Assembly: GCA_037133555.1 (NCBI GenBank)
Contig: JBAXNW010000011.1
Location: 8,971-72,970 of the forward strand
DNA: 64,000 nucleotides
Reading direction: 5' to 3'
Source: Bacteroidota bacterium
Lineage (GTDB): Bacteria; Bacteroidota; Bacteroidia; Bacteroidales; JACABE01
Part shown: positions 47,233 to 59,000 of the stretch, in pieces
Position numbering within the stretch: the stretch's first letter is position 1
How the letters are laid out: every line of letters begins with the position of its first letter
Made by a program: the position numbers and the translations under genes
The notes under the pieces: generated by a model
The model's database searches: none
Told to the model about the DNA's origin: nothing
The model's input: the letters and a program-made list of their open reading frames with translations, nothing else

Positions 47233-48504
47233 TTACCCAATCATCCCAACACCTACGGTTTCATTGGTAGCTTCGTCAATTAAAATCAGGCTACCAGTAA
47301 CCCGGTTTTCTTTGTAAGCATCAAAAATCAAAGGTTTGGTGGTTTTAATCAATACTTTAGCAATTGAGTTTAATCTTACTTCTTTATCTTCTGTAATTTT
47401 TTCTAAGGTATTCACATTTAATTTGTAAAGAACTTCCTTAACGATGCATTTTACTTCTTTGGTAGTATGCATCAGATTATACCTACCTCCAACATTCAAT
47501 GGTTTCTGATTCATCCAACACATTGTAATTTCAATATCCTGGCTAAGTGTGGGCATTGCATCTTCTTTTACAATCATATCACCGCGGCTGATATCAATAT
47601 CATCCTCAAGGGTTATAGAAACCGACATGGGAGGAAAAGCTGCTTCGAGTTTTTCTTCCATCAGATCAATGGATTTGATGGTAGTATGCAGGCCAGAAGG
47701 TAAAATACAGACCTTGTCTCCTTTTCTAAAAATTCCGCCGGCTACCCTACCTGCATAGCCTCTGTAATCGTGATGCTCGTCAGTTAATGGCCTGATTACG
47801 TATTGTACAGGAAATCTGGCATCTCTGAAATTATAATCGTTTTCGATGGGAATGCTTTCGAGTATTTGCATCAGGGTACCCTCATCGTACCAACTCATAT
47901 TTTTTGATTTATCCACCACATTGTCACCTTTTAATGCACTGATGGGTACAAAGCGGATATCTTTCAGATCAATGATGCTGGCAAATTCTGTAAAAGTCTT
48001 TTTAATCGTTTCATACACATTTTGTTTGTACTCAACCAGATCCATTTTATTGATACAAACCACTATATGAGGGATTTGTAACAAAGAAGCAATAAAAGCA
48101 TGTCGATGGGTTTGTTCGATAACGCCATTACGGGCATCAATGAGAATAATGGCAGCATTGGCAGTAGATGCTCCGGTTACCATATTGCGGGTGTATTGGA
48201 CATGACCCGGTGTGTCAGCTATGATGAATTTTCGTTTTGGAGTAGCAAAGTAGCGATAGGCAACATCGATGGTGATCCCTTGTTCTCTTTCGGAACGTAA
48301 ACCATCGGTAAGTAAGGCCAGATTGATATAATCGTTACCTTTCTGAATACTGGCTCTTTTAACTGCTTCCAGCTGATCTTCAAAAATAGATTTACTATCA
48401 AAAAGCAGTCGGCCAATAAGGGTGCTTTTTCCATCGTCAACACTACCTGCTGTAGTAAAACGCAGCAATTCCATATCTAAATATCCATTCTTTGAAAAAC
48501 TCAT
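47233..48504 (-). CDS. cysN: Sulfate adenylyltransferase subunit 1 (GTPase), no APS-kinase fusion
   Basis: 423 aa. G1 GSVDDGKST, G3 DTPGH, G4 NKMD. Collinear with CysN. Sits 12 nt downstream of cysD. Confidence 0.9.
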   Translation of the reverse strand: MSFSKNGYLDMELLRFTTAGSVDDGKSTLIGRLLFDSKSIFEDQLEAVKRASIQKGNDYINLALLTDGLRSEREQGITIDVAYRYFATPKRKFIIADTPGHVQYTRNMVTGASTANAAIILIDARNGVIEQTHRHAFIASLLQIPHIVVCINKMDLVEYKQNVYETIKKTFTEFASIIDLKDIRFVPISALKGDNVVDKSKNMSWYDEGTLMQILESIPIENDYNFRDARFPVQYVIRPLTDEHHDYRGYAGRVAGGIFRKGDKVCILPSGLHTTIKSIDLMEEKLEAAFPPMSVSITLEDDIDISRGDMIVKEDAMPTLSQDIEITMCWMNQKPLNVGGRYNLMHTTKEVKCIVKEVLYKLNVNTLEKITEDKEVRLNSIAKVLIKTTKPLIFDAYKENRVTGSLILIDEATNETVGVGMIG

Positions 48505-48516
48505 GCTCGCAATTTT

Positions 48517-49422
48517 TTAAAAATATCCTTCACGTTTTCGATCTTCCATTGCAGCTTCCGAACGTTTATCGTCGGCTCTGCCACCTCTTTCGGTAACACG
48601 GGTAGCAGCAATTTCTTCAATAATTTCTTCCAGCGAATTGGCTTCGGAAAGAGTAACGCCTGTACAGGTAATATCACCTATAGTCCGGCATCTTACGGTT
48701 TTTACCTCTGCTTTTTCATTTTCTCTCAGTTTCATAAAAGGTGCGGTTGCCAACCAGGCTCCATCACGGCAAAAAACTTCACGTTGATGGGTGAAATATA
48801 AGCTTGGCATTTCTATGTTTTCCAATAAGATGTATTGCCATACATCCATTTCGGTCCAGTTGCTGATAGGAAAAACCCTGAAATGTTCGCCCATGTTTTT
48901 CTTACCATTGAAAATATTCCATAGTTCCGGACGTTGGTTTTTAGGATCCCATTGTCCGAATTCGTCACGGTGAGAAAAAAAACGTTCTTTGGCACGGGCT
49001 TTTTCTTCGTCGCGACGGGCACCGCCCATAGCTGCATCAAACTTATATTTTTCTAACGTATCGAGTAAAGTTATGGTCTGCAATACATTCCTACTGGCAT
49101 TGTAGCCATTTTCTTCAACAGCTTTCCCCTGATTGATAGATTCCTGCACAGAACCAATGATTAGTTGAGCCCCAATTTTCTTAACCAAATCGTCTCTGTA
49201 ATCGAGTGTTTCCTGAAAATTATGACCCGTATCGATGTGCAATAATGGAAAAGGTAATTTTGCAGGATAAAATGCTTTTCTTGCCAGATGGGTAATTACA
49301 ATAGAATCTTTACCTCCTGAGAAAAGCAAAACAGGACGTTCAAACTGAGCTGCCACCTCTCTTATAACATAGATTGACTCAGATTCAAGTTCCCTTAGAT
49401 GATTTAAATGGTGGTTATTCAT
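48517..49422 (-). CDS. cysD: Sulfate adenylyltransferase subunit 2
   Basis: 301 aa. LLFSGGKDS PP-loop, ...RDEEKARAKERFFS..., C-terminal KREGYF. Classical CysD. Confidence 0.95.
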   Translation of the reverse strand: MNNHHLNHLRELESESIYVIREVAAQFERPVLLFSGGKDSIVITHLARKAFYPAKLPFPLLHIDTGHNFQETLDYRDDLVKKIGAQLIIGSVQESINQGKAVEENGYNASRNVLQTITLLDTLEKYKFDAAMGGARRDEEKARAKERFFSHRDEFGQWDPKNQRPELWNIFNGKKNMGEHFRVFPISNWTEMDVWQYILLENIEMPSLYFTHQREVFCRDGAWLATAPFMKLRENEKAEVKTVRCRTIGDITCTGVTLSEANSLEEIIEEIAATRVTERGGRADDKRSEAAMEDRKREGYF

Positions 49423-49463
49423 TGTAGTATTGTATCGCTAATTACTCATTTTGAATGAAAGTG

Positions 49464-49471
49464 CAAAATTA
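49464..49471 (-). promoter_or_regulatory. Candidate -7 box TAATTTTG for cysDN
   Basis: The plus strand reads CAAAATTA, 42 nt upstream of the cysD ATG. Confidence 0.4.
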
Positions 49472-50040
49472 TAAATTTATTTGAACAAATCAATATTGAA
49501 ATCAGAAGCAAGATTTTATTGATTTATGCATACCAAGAGTGAATCATCATTATATTTTTTTGTCCGTTAGGGCATAAATGTCAATAGAAAAATGGTATAA
49601 AATGTATCTTTTGTCGGTAGGACATTGTGAATTATTGATTTTAAATGCAAAGTATATTCCCTAAGGGAAATAATTCATGATCCTGATTTTTTTATTGAGG
49701 TAATTCTCCAACAGAGAAAGAATGAATTCATTAATTTTCATGAAATTAGCTAACCAATATTTATAATACAAATCGTTTTAAATCTTTATATTGAACATAA
49801 TTATCATAATTTTTTGTTTTAATAAGCCAAAACTCATGCTTTGATTCGCATGATTTAAATTTTTATAAGCTTGAATAAATTTGTATTTTTAAGAACTCGT
49901 ATTGAAAGGTAATACTGTTTTCTATCGTTTTACTTTAACCTTTATATCAAAATTATTTAAAATAAAGATCAAAGCTAAGTTAAAATCTTGTTAATTATCA
50001 AAATTTAATTAGCTAAACCGATTTAGCGTAATTTTATTCG

Positions 50041-50048
50041 TATATTTG
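50041..50048 (+). promoter_or_regulatory. Candidate -7 box TATATTTG for the giant gene
   Basis: Fits TAnnTTTG, 48 nt upstream of the ATG at 50096. A small palindrome GCTAAA-CCGA-TTTAGC (50012-50027) lies just upstream. Confidence 0.4.
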
Positions 50049-50095
50049 TAAACTAAAAATATCAGCACATTTTAATAAAAATAAAAACTTTTATC

Positions 50096-53000
50096 ATGAA
50101 AAAATTATTCTTTCTTTTGATTTCGGTATTGTTTACGGTATATTTACCAGCGCAGACTGTTGTTGTTTTACAGGAAAATTTTGAATCGACTTCAGTTAAT
50201 CTTACATCTTCTGCCGATTCTGCCGGGTTTTCAATAACCAATTTCCAGCCTTGGGCCGCATCAACTTATTTGTACAAATCAGGAGTTAAGGCAGATTCAA
50301 ATATACTACAATCTGGAAAAACAATTTATTTAACCTCACCATCATTTTCTACCATCGGTAAGACATTCGTAATACTTGAATTTGCTCAAATATGCAAATT
50401 ATATTATACTGATGGTGGTGTTGTTCAGGTTTCTATTGATGGTGGTACTAGCTGGACTTCATTACTTCCAGGCCAATATTTAGGAAGTGGTAACTTAATT
50501 TTGAACGGGGCTGATTATAAATTTTCCGAAAGTGCTTACTCTACCTGGAACTTGGGCGATACCCTCACAAAGCCCAGCAATAACTGGTGGAAAAATGAGG
50601 CGTTTAATATTTCATCTATTGCAGCAAACCAAGCCAGTGTAAAAATCAGATTCAAATATACAAGCTCGGGAAACCCACTAGGTTTGGGGAGATATGGCTG
50701 GCTCTTAGACGATGTTAAAGTAACAGCTGCAAATAATGAAATTTTTCCTCCAAAGATTACATTTGTTGCTCCTGTTCATAAAGATTCAGTTTATATTACT
50801 GGCCCAATAAGTATTAGTGCATGGGTAAAAGACTCGTCTGCTATTGGGAGTGTAAATTTGATTTATTCTGTCAATGGAGGTAGCAATATTACATTGCCAA
50901 TGACCAATGTGAGCGATTCTCTGTACAGAGCCGATTTAGGTTCTTTTCCCTATAATACTGTTATTTGTTATAGTATTCAGGCAGCAGATATTTATAATAA
51001 TGTTTCAACATTACCTGCAACTGCTTGCCAGCAGTTTATCATAACCAAAGGCATTCCAACTATTCAGGTAGGCACTGGTGTATCAAGCGGAACAACTACG
51101 CCCATATATACAGCAACTACAGCAGGACCTTATTATAGCTATTATGCTACGATATTGACAAAGAGCCAGGTTGTATCCGGTGGAACTATTGAATCGCTCG
51201 CATTTAATAAATTGGATGCAAATGGTTATAGCTTAAATAACGGAGTAATGCGGATTTATGCAAAAACAGTCGCAGATTCCATTGCTCCTATAACATGGGC
51301 AGCTTATTCAGCTGCAAAAGCATCAGCAACAAAAATATATGAAAGTACAACACAAAATATAAATACATCAGCAGGTTGGCAGACATTTAGCTGCAACACC
51401 GGTTTACCTTTCCAGTATTCAGGAAGCGATCATATATTATTGTTTGTGGAGTTTTATCGTCCCGGTGCTATGACTGGTACAGCTGCTTTCCAATACACAA
51501 CAGTTACTAATCAGGCAAGTATTTTCTATGGCACCGCTGCCGTTCCAACTACAACAAATACAGCAGGGCTTAAAGCCAATGTAAAGATAAACTTTGAATC
51601 AAGTACTCAGGCTGTTGATACCAAGGTTTCATTATTTACAAATCCACTTGGAAGTTCAACAGTAATTGCTAACACAAGCATTCCTGTATCTGTAAAAATT
51701 AAGAATTTAGGAACTACAGCAATAACCTCAGCCAATGTTGGCTGGTCAGTTGATGGTGTATATCAGACTACAGTGCCATGGAGTGTAACAACAAGCTTAT
51801 TGCAGGATTATATTTCTTTAACAAGTATAAATTTGGGTAATTACAGTTTTCCATTGGGACCTCATACTATCAAAGCATGGACAAATATGCCCAATAACCT
51901 TGTTGACCAGAATCCTGCCAACGACACATTATCTATTAACATTTACAGTTGTCAGAATTTAAATGGAATAATTACAGTAGGTGATCTTACTTCTGATTTT
52001 CCAACTTTTGCAGGTTTATTTACTGCATTGGGCAATTGTGGCGTGAATGGTCCTGTTACAATTAAAGTTAAATCTGGTACCTATAATCAACAATTGACAA
52101 TACCTTATATTGCCAATGTATCAGCAATCAACACCATAACCTTCCAGTCAGAATCAGGTAACCTGACTGATGTTATATTCTCTTATGGTGCAGCAGGTAC
52201 TGCCGATAACTGGGTGTTAAAGTTTGACGGCTCACAATATATCAAAGTGAAGAATATGACTTTTAAAGCAACCGGTGCCACCTATGCATATGTTGCATTA
52301 TTAGCTAATGCAGCAAGTTATAATACAATAGAAGGATGCCGCCTGGAAATGAATGCAGGAATTACTTCCACTTCTTCAGCTGGAGTTTACAATGCAAGTA
52401 CCTATAATGAAAATTACAACACTATTAAAAACAATACCATTGTTAATGGCTATTATGGGATTTATTTATATGGTTCATCAACCACATCTCCAAAAGAAAC
52501 AGGTAATGTTATTGATGGCAATACCTTATCGGGAATTTACTATTATTCAATTTTTTCTTATAGTCAGGATAGTATTACTATAAAAAGTAATTCGACTCAA
52601 AATATGTCTAGTGCATCTTATGCCTATGGTATATATTCATATTATAATAGCAACTTAATATATATTAAAAATAAATTTGTCTGCAATGCAACAACCTATA
52701 ATTATTGCATGTATGTAAATTATCCAAATAATACAACCGGTACAGGTTTGATTGCAAATAACATGGTTAGTCAAGCAACAGGAACTTCAACTACCTACGG
52801 ATTATACCTATATTCTGGAAATAATGTAAATGTTTATAATAATTCTGTCAATATTACCGGAGTTTATACATCTGGTTATGCAATGTATATTTATGCAGGT
52901 TCAAATAATAATATTGTAAATAATATCTTCAGTAATACAGGGGGTGGTTATGCTTTATATGGATCTTCCACAACAGGTATTAATATTTGCAATTACAATG

Positions 53001-56000
53001 ATTGGTATACTACTGGAGCAACGCTTGCCTATTGGGGTGCTGCAAGAACTAATTTAGCAGCGTTACAGACTGCAAGTGGCAAAGATGTAAACTCAATAAG
53101 TATTAATCCTCAATTTACAGCCTGGAATAATTTACATATTAATAATAGTTATTTATTCAATTTAGCAGCTAAGGGAACTTCATTACCTCAGGTTACAGAT
53201 GATTTTGATGGTGAGCCAAGAGCTAGTATTCCTTTTATAGGTGCTGATGAATTTCCTTTCCCCCAGAATGACGCCGGATTAGTTGCTATTACTCAGCCTC
53301 CAACAATGCTACCTAGTTTAACTCAGGACATAAAAGTAAGCATACAAAATATCGGACAATTACCTTTAACTTCAGTAAGCATTAAATGCCTTGTAAATGG
53401 TGTATTGTTACCGAGTGCTACCTATACAAATACTATCGGTTTAGCTCAATTCGGAGTAGATTCATTGGTAATTGCCCCTGCTTATACATTCCCTGCAGGC
53501 TATTCACAAATAAAAGTATATACACAATCACCTAATAATGTAGCTGATACCTATAATGGAAATGACACTTTATATAAATCAGTCTATGCCTGTACTGGAA
53601 CCTTATCAGGAACATACACCATTGGAGGCACAGGCGCAAATTACCCAAGTGTTGATGCAGCTATTGTTTCATTACAATGCGGTATTTCAGGACCGGTTGT
53701 TTTTAATATTAATCCAGGCACCTACTCAGGAAGTTATATTTTGCCAAATGCAACAGGTGCTTCGGCCTCAAATACCATTACTTTTAAATCCGCTAATAAT
53801 GACAGTACAAGTGTGATCCTTCAGTATAATGCTGCAGGAACAGCTGACAATTTTGTATTGAATATTAATAACGTAAGTAATTATATTTTTAAAGGGATTA
53901 GTTTGAAAGCAATCAATGCTACCAATGCGAACGTGATTACATTGGCTGGTACTTTATCCAATATCAGTATTCAAAATTGTATACTGGAAGGAACACAAGC
54001 TACAAATACTGATGATAATCAAGTACTTATCCGTTGCAATACATTGACTCAGATTACTGGGTTTAACCTGATTTCAAACAGGATGAATTATGGCAGAATG
54101 GCAATTAATTTTACATCTACCAATCCATCAACCGGAGTTGTGATGAAGTACAATAATATGTATAACCAATCAGCCAGACCAATGTATCTGGCTAAAATCG
54201 ATGCATTAGATTTTGGATACAATAATTTGTTCAGCGATGCCACCAAAACAGGTAATGGTGGAATATTTACCAATGCCCTAACCGGAGCTTTCAAATTTTA
54301 CAACAATACACTTATCAATTTAGGCGGTGTCCGTGTATGGGAAGGCTGGACCTATGGTGGTACAACTGCTGGTAGTGAAGCTTTGGTTTATAACAATTAT
54401 TTATATGGAAGTCCGGTTTCAAGTTATGTATTTGATGGAGGTGGTGCTGTAAACAATATTAAATTCTATCATAATACTTTCGTAGGAAATTCAACTTCAA
54501 GAACTGTAAACTTTAACAACTTTTATGGAGCAAATGTAAATTTGACATTTAAAAATAATATAATGGCGTCAACAGGTCAGTTGTTGTATTTTACAGCTCA
54601 GCCTACTGCACCATTTGTAATTGATTATAATGATTATTATTCAACAGGAGCTAGTTGGGCCTATTTTTGGGCAACCACAGCTACTAATTTAGCAACTGTA
54701 AAAACAGCTTCAACACAGGAATCGCATTCTATGTCAATAAATCCACAATTTGCAGGAACTACTGATTATCATATTACCAATTATGCATTAAAAGGATTAG
54801 CATCTCCAGTTCCTGAAGTATTAACAGATATTGATGGACAACTAAGAAGTCTTACAGCTCCAGATCCTGGATGTGATGAATTAATGGTGTATAGTAATGA
54901 TGCCAGTATTGCTTCATTTGCTCAGGGAACCATTTGTCCCGGACTTACCAACGTTACTGTTAAGCTTAAAAATCTTGGTTCAAATGCATTAACTACTGTT
55001 AATGTAAACTGGAGTATTAATGGTGTTGTTCAAACTCCTGTTGCTTATTCAGGTTCTTTAGCGACTTTGGCTGATTCCAATATATTTTTAGGGAATTATA
55101 TTTTCTTATCCATGACTCCTTACAATCTGAAATTCTGGTCATCTTCACCTAACGGAACTAATGATGGTAATACAGCTAATGATACTTTATCATTTAATAA
55201 TATGTATACCGGCCTTGCTGGAGGAAGTTATTTAGTTGGAGACTCAACTTCTGATTTTTTGAGTTTGACTACAGCTATTAATTTTATTTCTTCGAACGGA
55301 ATTTGTGGCCCTGTAGTTTTCAATATCAAACCGGGTACTTATACAGGAAGGTATACCATCCCGGCTATTTTAGGTAGTTCAGCTGTGAACACTATAACCA
55401 TAAAATCTCTTGCCAACGACAGTAATTCTGTAACTTTGGCAGCTACAGCCAGCGGAACAACTGATAACTGGATCGTCAAATTGAGTGGTGCAAAATATGT
55501 TACACTGAAGAATCTTAAGTTTACTCCTTTAAATACAACTTATGCCAATGCTATCTTAGTCAATAATACATCAAAATTCAATACTATTGTTGGAAATTAT
55601 CTTGTTTCAACAGCTGTAGCATCCGGATTTGAAGTATCATTAATCCGTATTGATGATAATAACAGTTCTGATAATTATGTTATAGGAAATCACACAGTTG
55701 GAGGTGGTTCAGGAATTTTAATCAGAGGAAGCAGCACAACTGCCCGGATTGACAGAATTACAATTTCGAAGAATATTATCGAAGGATATGCACAATGGGG
55801 TGTCCGCTCAGAGTATGCCAATTCTCCGATTATTGATTCAAATGTAATGACTTCTAATATATCATTGATCGAAAAGCATGGTGTATCATTAAGTTATAAT
55901 TACGACACTATCGTTGTAAGCAGAAACACAATTTATTTATCAAATTATACCAATTTAAGAGGTATTGATATGGGTAATTGTACATCATCTGCATCAACTA

Positions 56001-59000
56001 GATCTTTGTTAAAAAATAATTTTATTACATTATCTGGTGCTTCAGGATCAACAAATACTTATGGAATCCGACTTTATCCTGCGACAACATATTGCAGGGT
56101 TCTTAATAATTCAATCAATGTTGTTGGAACCAACTTAACTGATACCAGAGGAATAAACCCTGCTGGTACAAGTACTAATATTGAAGTGATAAATAACAAT
56201 GTTGTTTGTAATTATTATCCCAGTTTCTATGAAAATACAGTAGTAACCTATGCTGATTATAATAATTATTATTCTACAACAAGTATTTATGCATATAATA
56301 ATGGAACGTCAAATCTAACATATGCCTCACAAGCTTTATTAAATGCAGCTACCTTAAAAGATACGAATACTTTATCAATGGATCCTCAATTTACCAGCTT
56401 TACTGATTTGCATGTCAATAATATCAGTTTATATGCTATGGGAAAACCCTTGTCACAAGTTATCAATGATATTGATAACCAGCCAAGAGCAGCAATTCCA
56501 TGTATAGGTGCAGATGAATTTACTGTATTACCAAATGATGCTAAATTAAGAGCAGTATATACTTTAGGTAGTTTGCCAAAAACTGCAGGATCACCGCATA
56601 ATGTTAAAGCTATTGTTAAAAATGTGGGTTCTACAGTTTTAACCAATGTTGTTGCAACATTAAATATAAGCGGCAGTAATAGTTTTACCAATACTAAAAC
56701 TATTGCCAGCATGATTATTGGAAGACAGGATACCGTTACTTTTGATGCATTTATACCAACTAATTTTGGACCAAATACAGTTAAAGTTTCATTAAATACC
56801 GATAGTGATACTACCAATAATGTGTTGAATTATGCTCAAACTGTTACTGATACTGTTTTTGGAATTGCTGATACTTCAAAACCAAGCGCTTATGTAGGAT
56901 TCGGAACAGCTTCTGGTAAAATGTATACAAAATATTTTGTAAACGGGACCAAAATACTCCATTCCATCAGTGCATATATCTCTAAAGACAATACGATAGG
57001 CAAGCAATTGTATGCAATTGTTTTAAATTCAAATGGAGTAGCCGTTGATTCTTCAGCTATAAGAACAATAACAGCCAGTGATACGAATACCTGGGTTCAA
57101 TTTAATGTATTAAACCCGCCTTCAACCTCAACGGCCAATAATTATTTCTATGCTGGGATTGCTCAGATAGCCAATGCATCAACATTTAATCCAATTGGAA
57201 GTCAGACTGAAAATCCCGCCAGACCAGGTGCTTATTATTCTTCCGCTATCAATGGCAGTGGATTAACACAAAGAACGGACCTTGGAAGACTCATGATCAA
57301 TGCTAATATTGGGGATCCGACCAATAAAGATGCTTCAACAATCAATATATTATCTCCAATATCCGGTTGTGGTTTAACAGCAAATGAAACAGTAAGTATT
57401 GTCATTCAAAACAAAGGATTGGATACCATTTATGGAGGACAAAATGTATTAATGGCCAGATATGGCAAAAAAGTAAATGGAAATATTATAAATATTGTAT
57501 CTAAACAAATTACGGACACCATATTTCCTTCAGCCACTAAAAACGTAAGCTTCAGTGTACCGGTTAACGTTTATGCTCCTACAGCGGATTCAACCTATCA
57601 TTTAGTTGCATGGGTTGAATTAGCAGCAGATCCATTTGCAAGCAACGACTCCATCAATTTTGACATTCTATCTAAATATACACCTTCGGCTCCTTCATCA
57701 AATAATGTATCCATTGCTTATGGTTTTCCTGCAACATTAACTGCTGTTTCAAATGATACAATTAATTGGTATCACCAGGCTATCGGAGGAACTAAAATTG
57801 CTGCCGGACCTTCTTATACAACTCCATATTTGTTTGCCTCAGATACCTTATGGGCGGAAGCGATTACTAAATTTTCAGGTACTACTATAATTGGAACAGG
57901 AATTACGACATCTACTTCAGCAGGTTATACTCCATTTTATACTTTATACAGAGATAGTAGAAACCAAATTTTATTTCTGGCAAGTGAATTACTGGCAGCA
58001 GGTATTGTTCCTGGAAATTTAACAAATTTGGCAATTAATGTTTCTTCAATAGGCAGTCCTGCAATGACAAATTTTGAGATTGCAATAAAAAATTCTACGG
58101 TATCTGCACTAAGCACAACTTATGAAACAGGATTTACACCGGTTTATTCTAATGCTGCCTATACTCCTGCAAGTATAGGCTGGCAGGATTTTATTTTTAG
58201 TTCCCCTTTTTATTGGGATGGTACTTCAAACCTAATCGTTCAGATGTGTTATGGTGATAATGCCAGCTATACTTCATCATCAGGAGTTTATTATTCAGCT
58301 ACAACTTTCAATAGTCATCATTATGGATATATGGATGCAGGCACAGGTTGTACAATGACGGCTCCAACTTATAATTATATTGGCACTTATCGACCAAATA
58401 TCAGATTCAATTATTCAAAAGATGGATGTACAAGTCCAAGAACAAAAGTTGTGGTTACTGTTGCAGCTCCACCAGCCAATGAAGTCGCAATGGTAGCATT
58501 TACAAGTCCAACAGGGCCGGTTCCTGCAAATACCACAACACCCATCAAGGTTAAAGTTAAAAACACAGGATTACTTCCATTAACATCAGTTAAAGTGAAC
58601 TATATTGTTAACAGCGTTTTACAACCACAATATCCTTGGACCAATACAACTACTCCTTTACAACATGATTCTATTATGGAGTTAACCATTGGTTCATTCT
58701 CATTACCGGGTGGTTTAGATACTATTATTGCCTGGACTTCGATGCCAAATAATATTGCGGATCCTTATCCATTGAATGATACAACTAAAATCTATTTCTC
58801 TACATGTATGTCTGGTAATTATACCATTGGTGTTGGGAAAAATTTCCCAACGTTTACTGCTGCTTTAAATGCAGCAACATTGGCAGGTGTATGCGGGAAT
58901 ACGGTTTTCCTTGCTGATTCCGGTTTGTATGAAGAACGATTGTTCCTGAATCCAATACCTGGTGCAGGTCCTAATGCAAGAGTTAGTTTTACCTCAGCAA

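Noticed and set aside
47233-49422. cysDN without adjacent cysC/cysH/cysIJ, considered as an anomaly.
   Set aside because: Sulfate-assimilation genes are often dispersed, and the window boundary limits what can be concluded. Both genes look intact and conventionally arranged.
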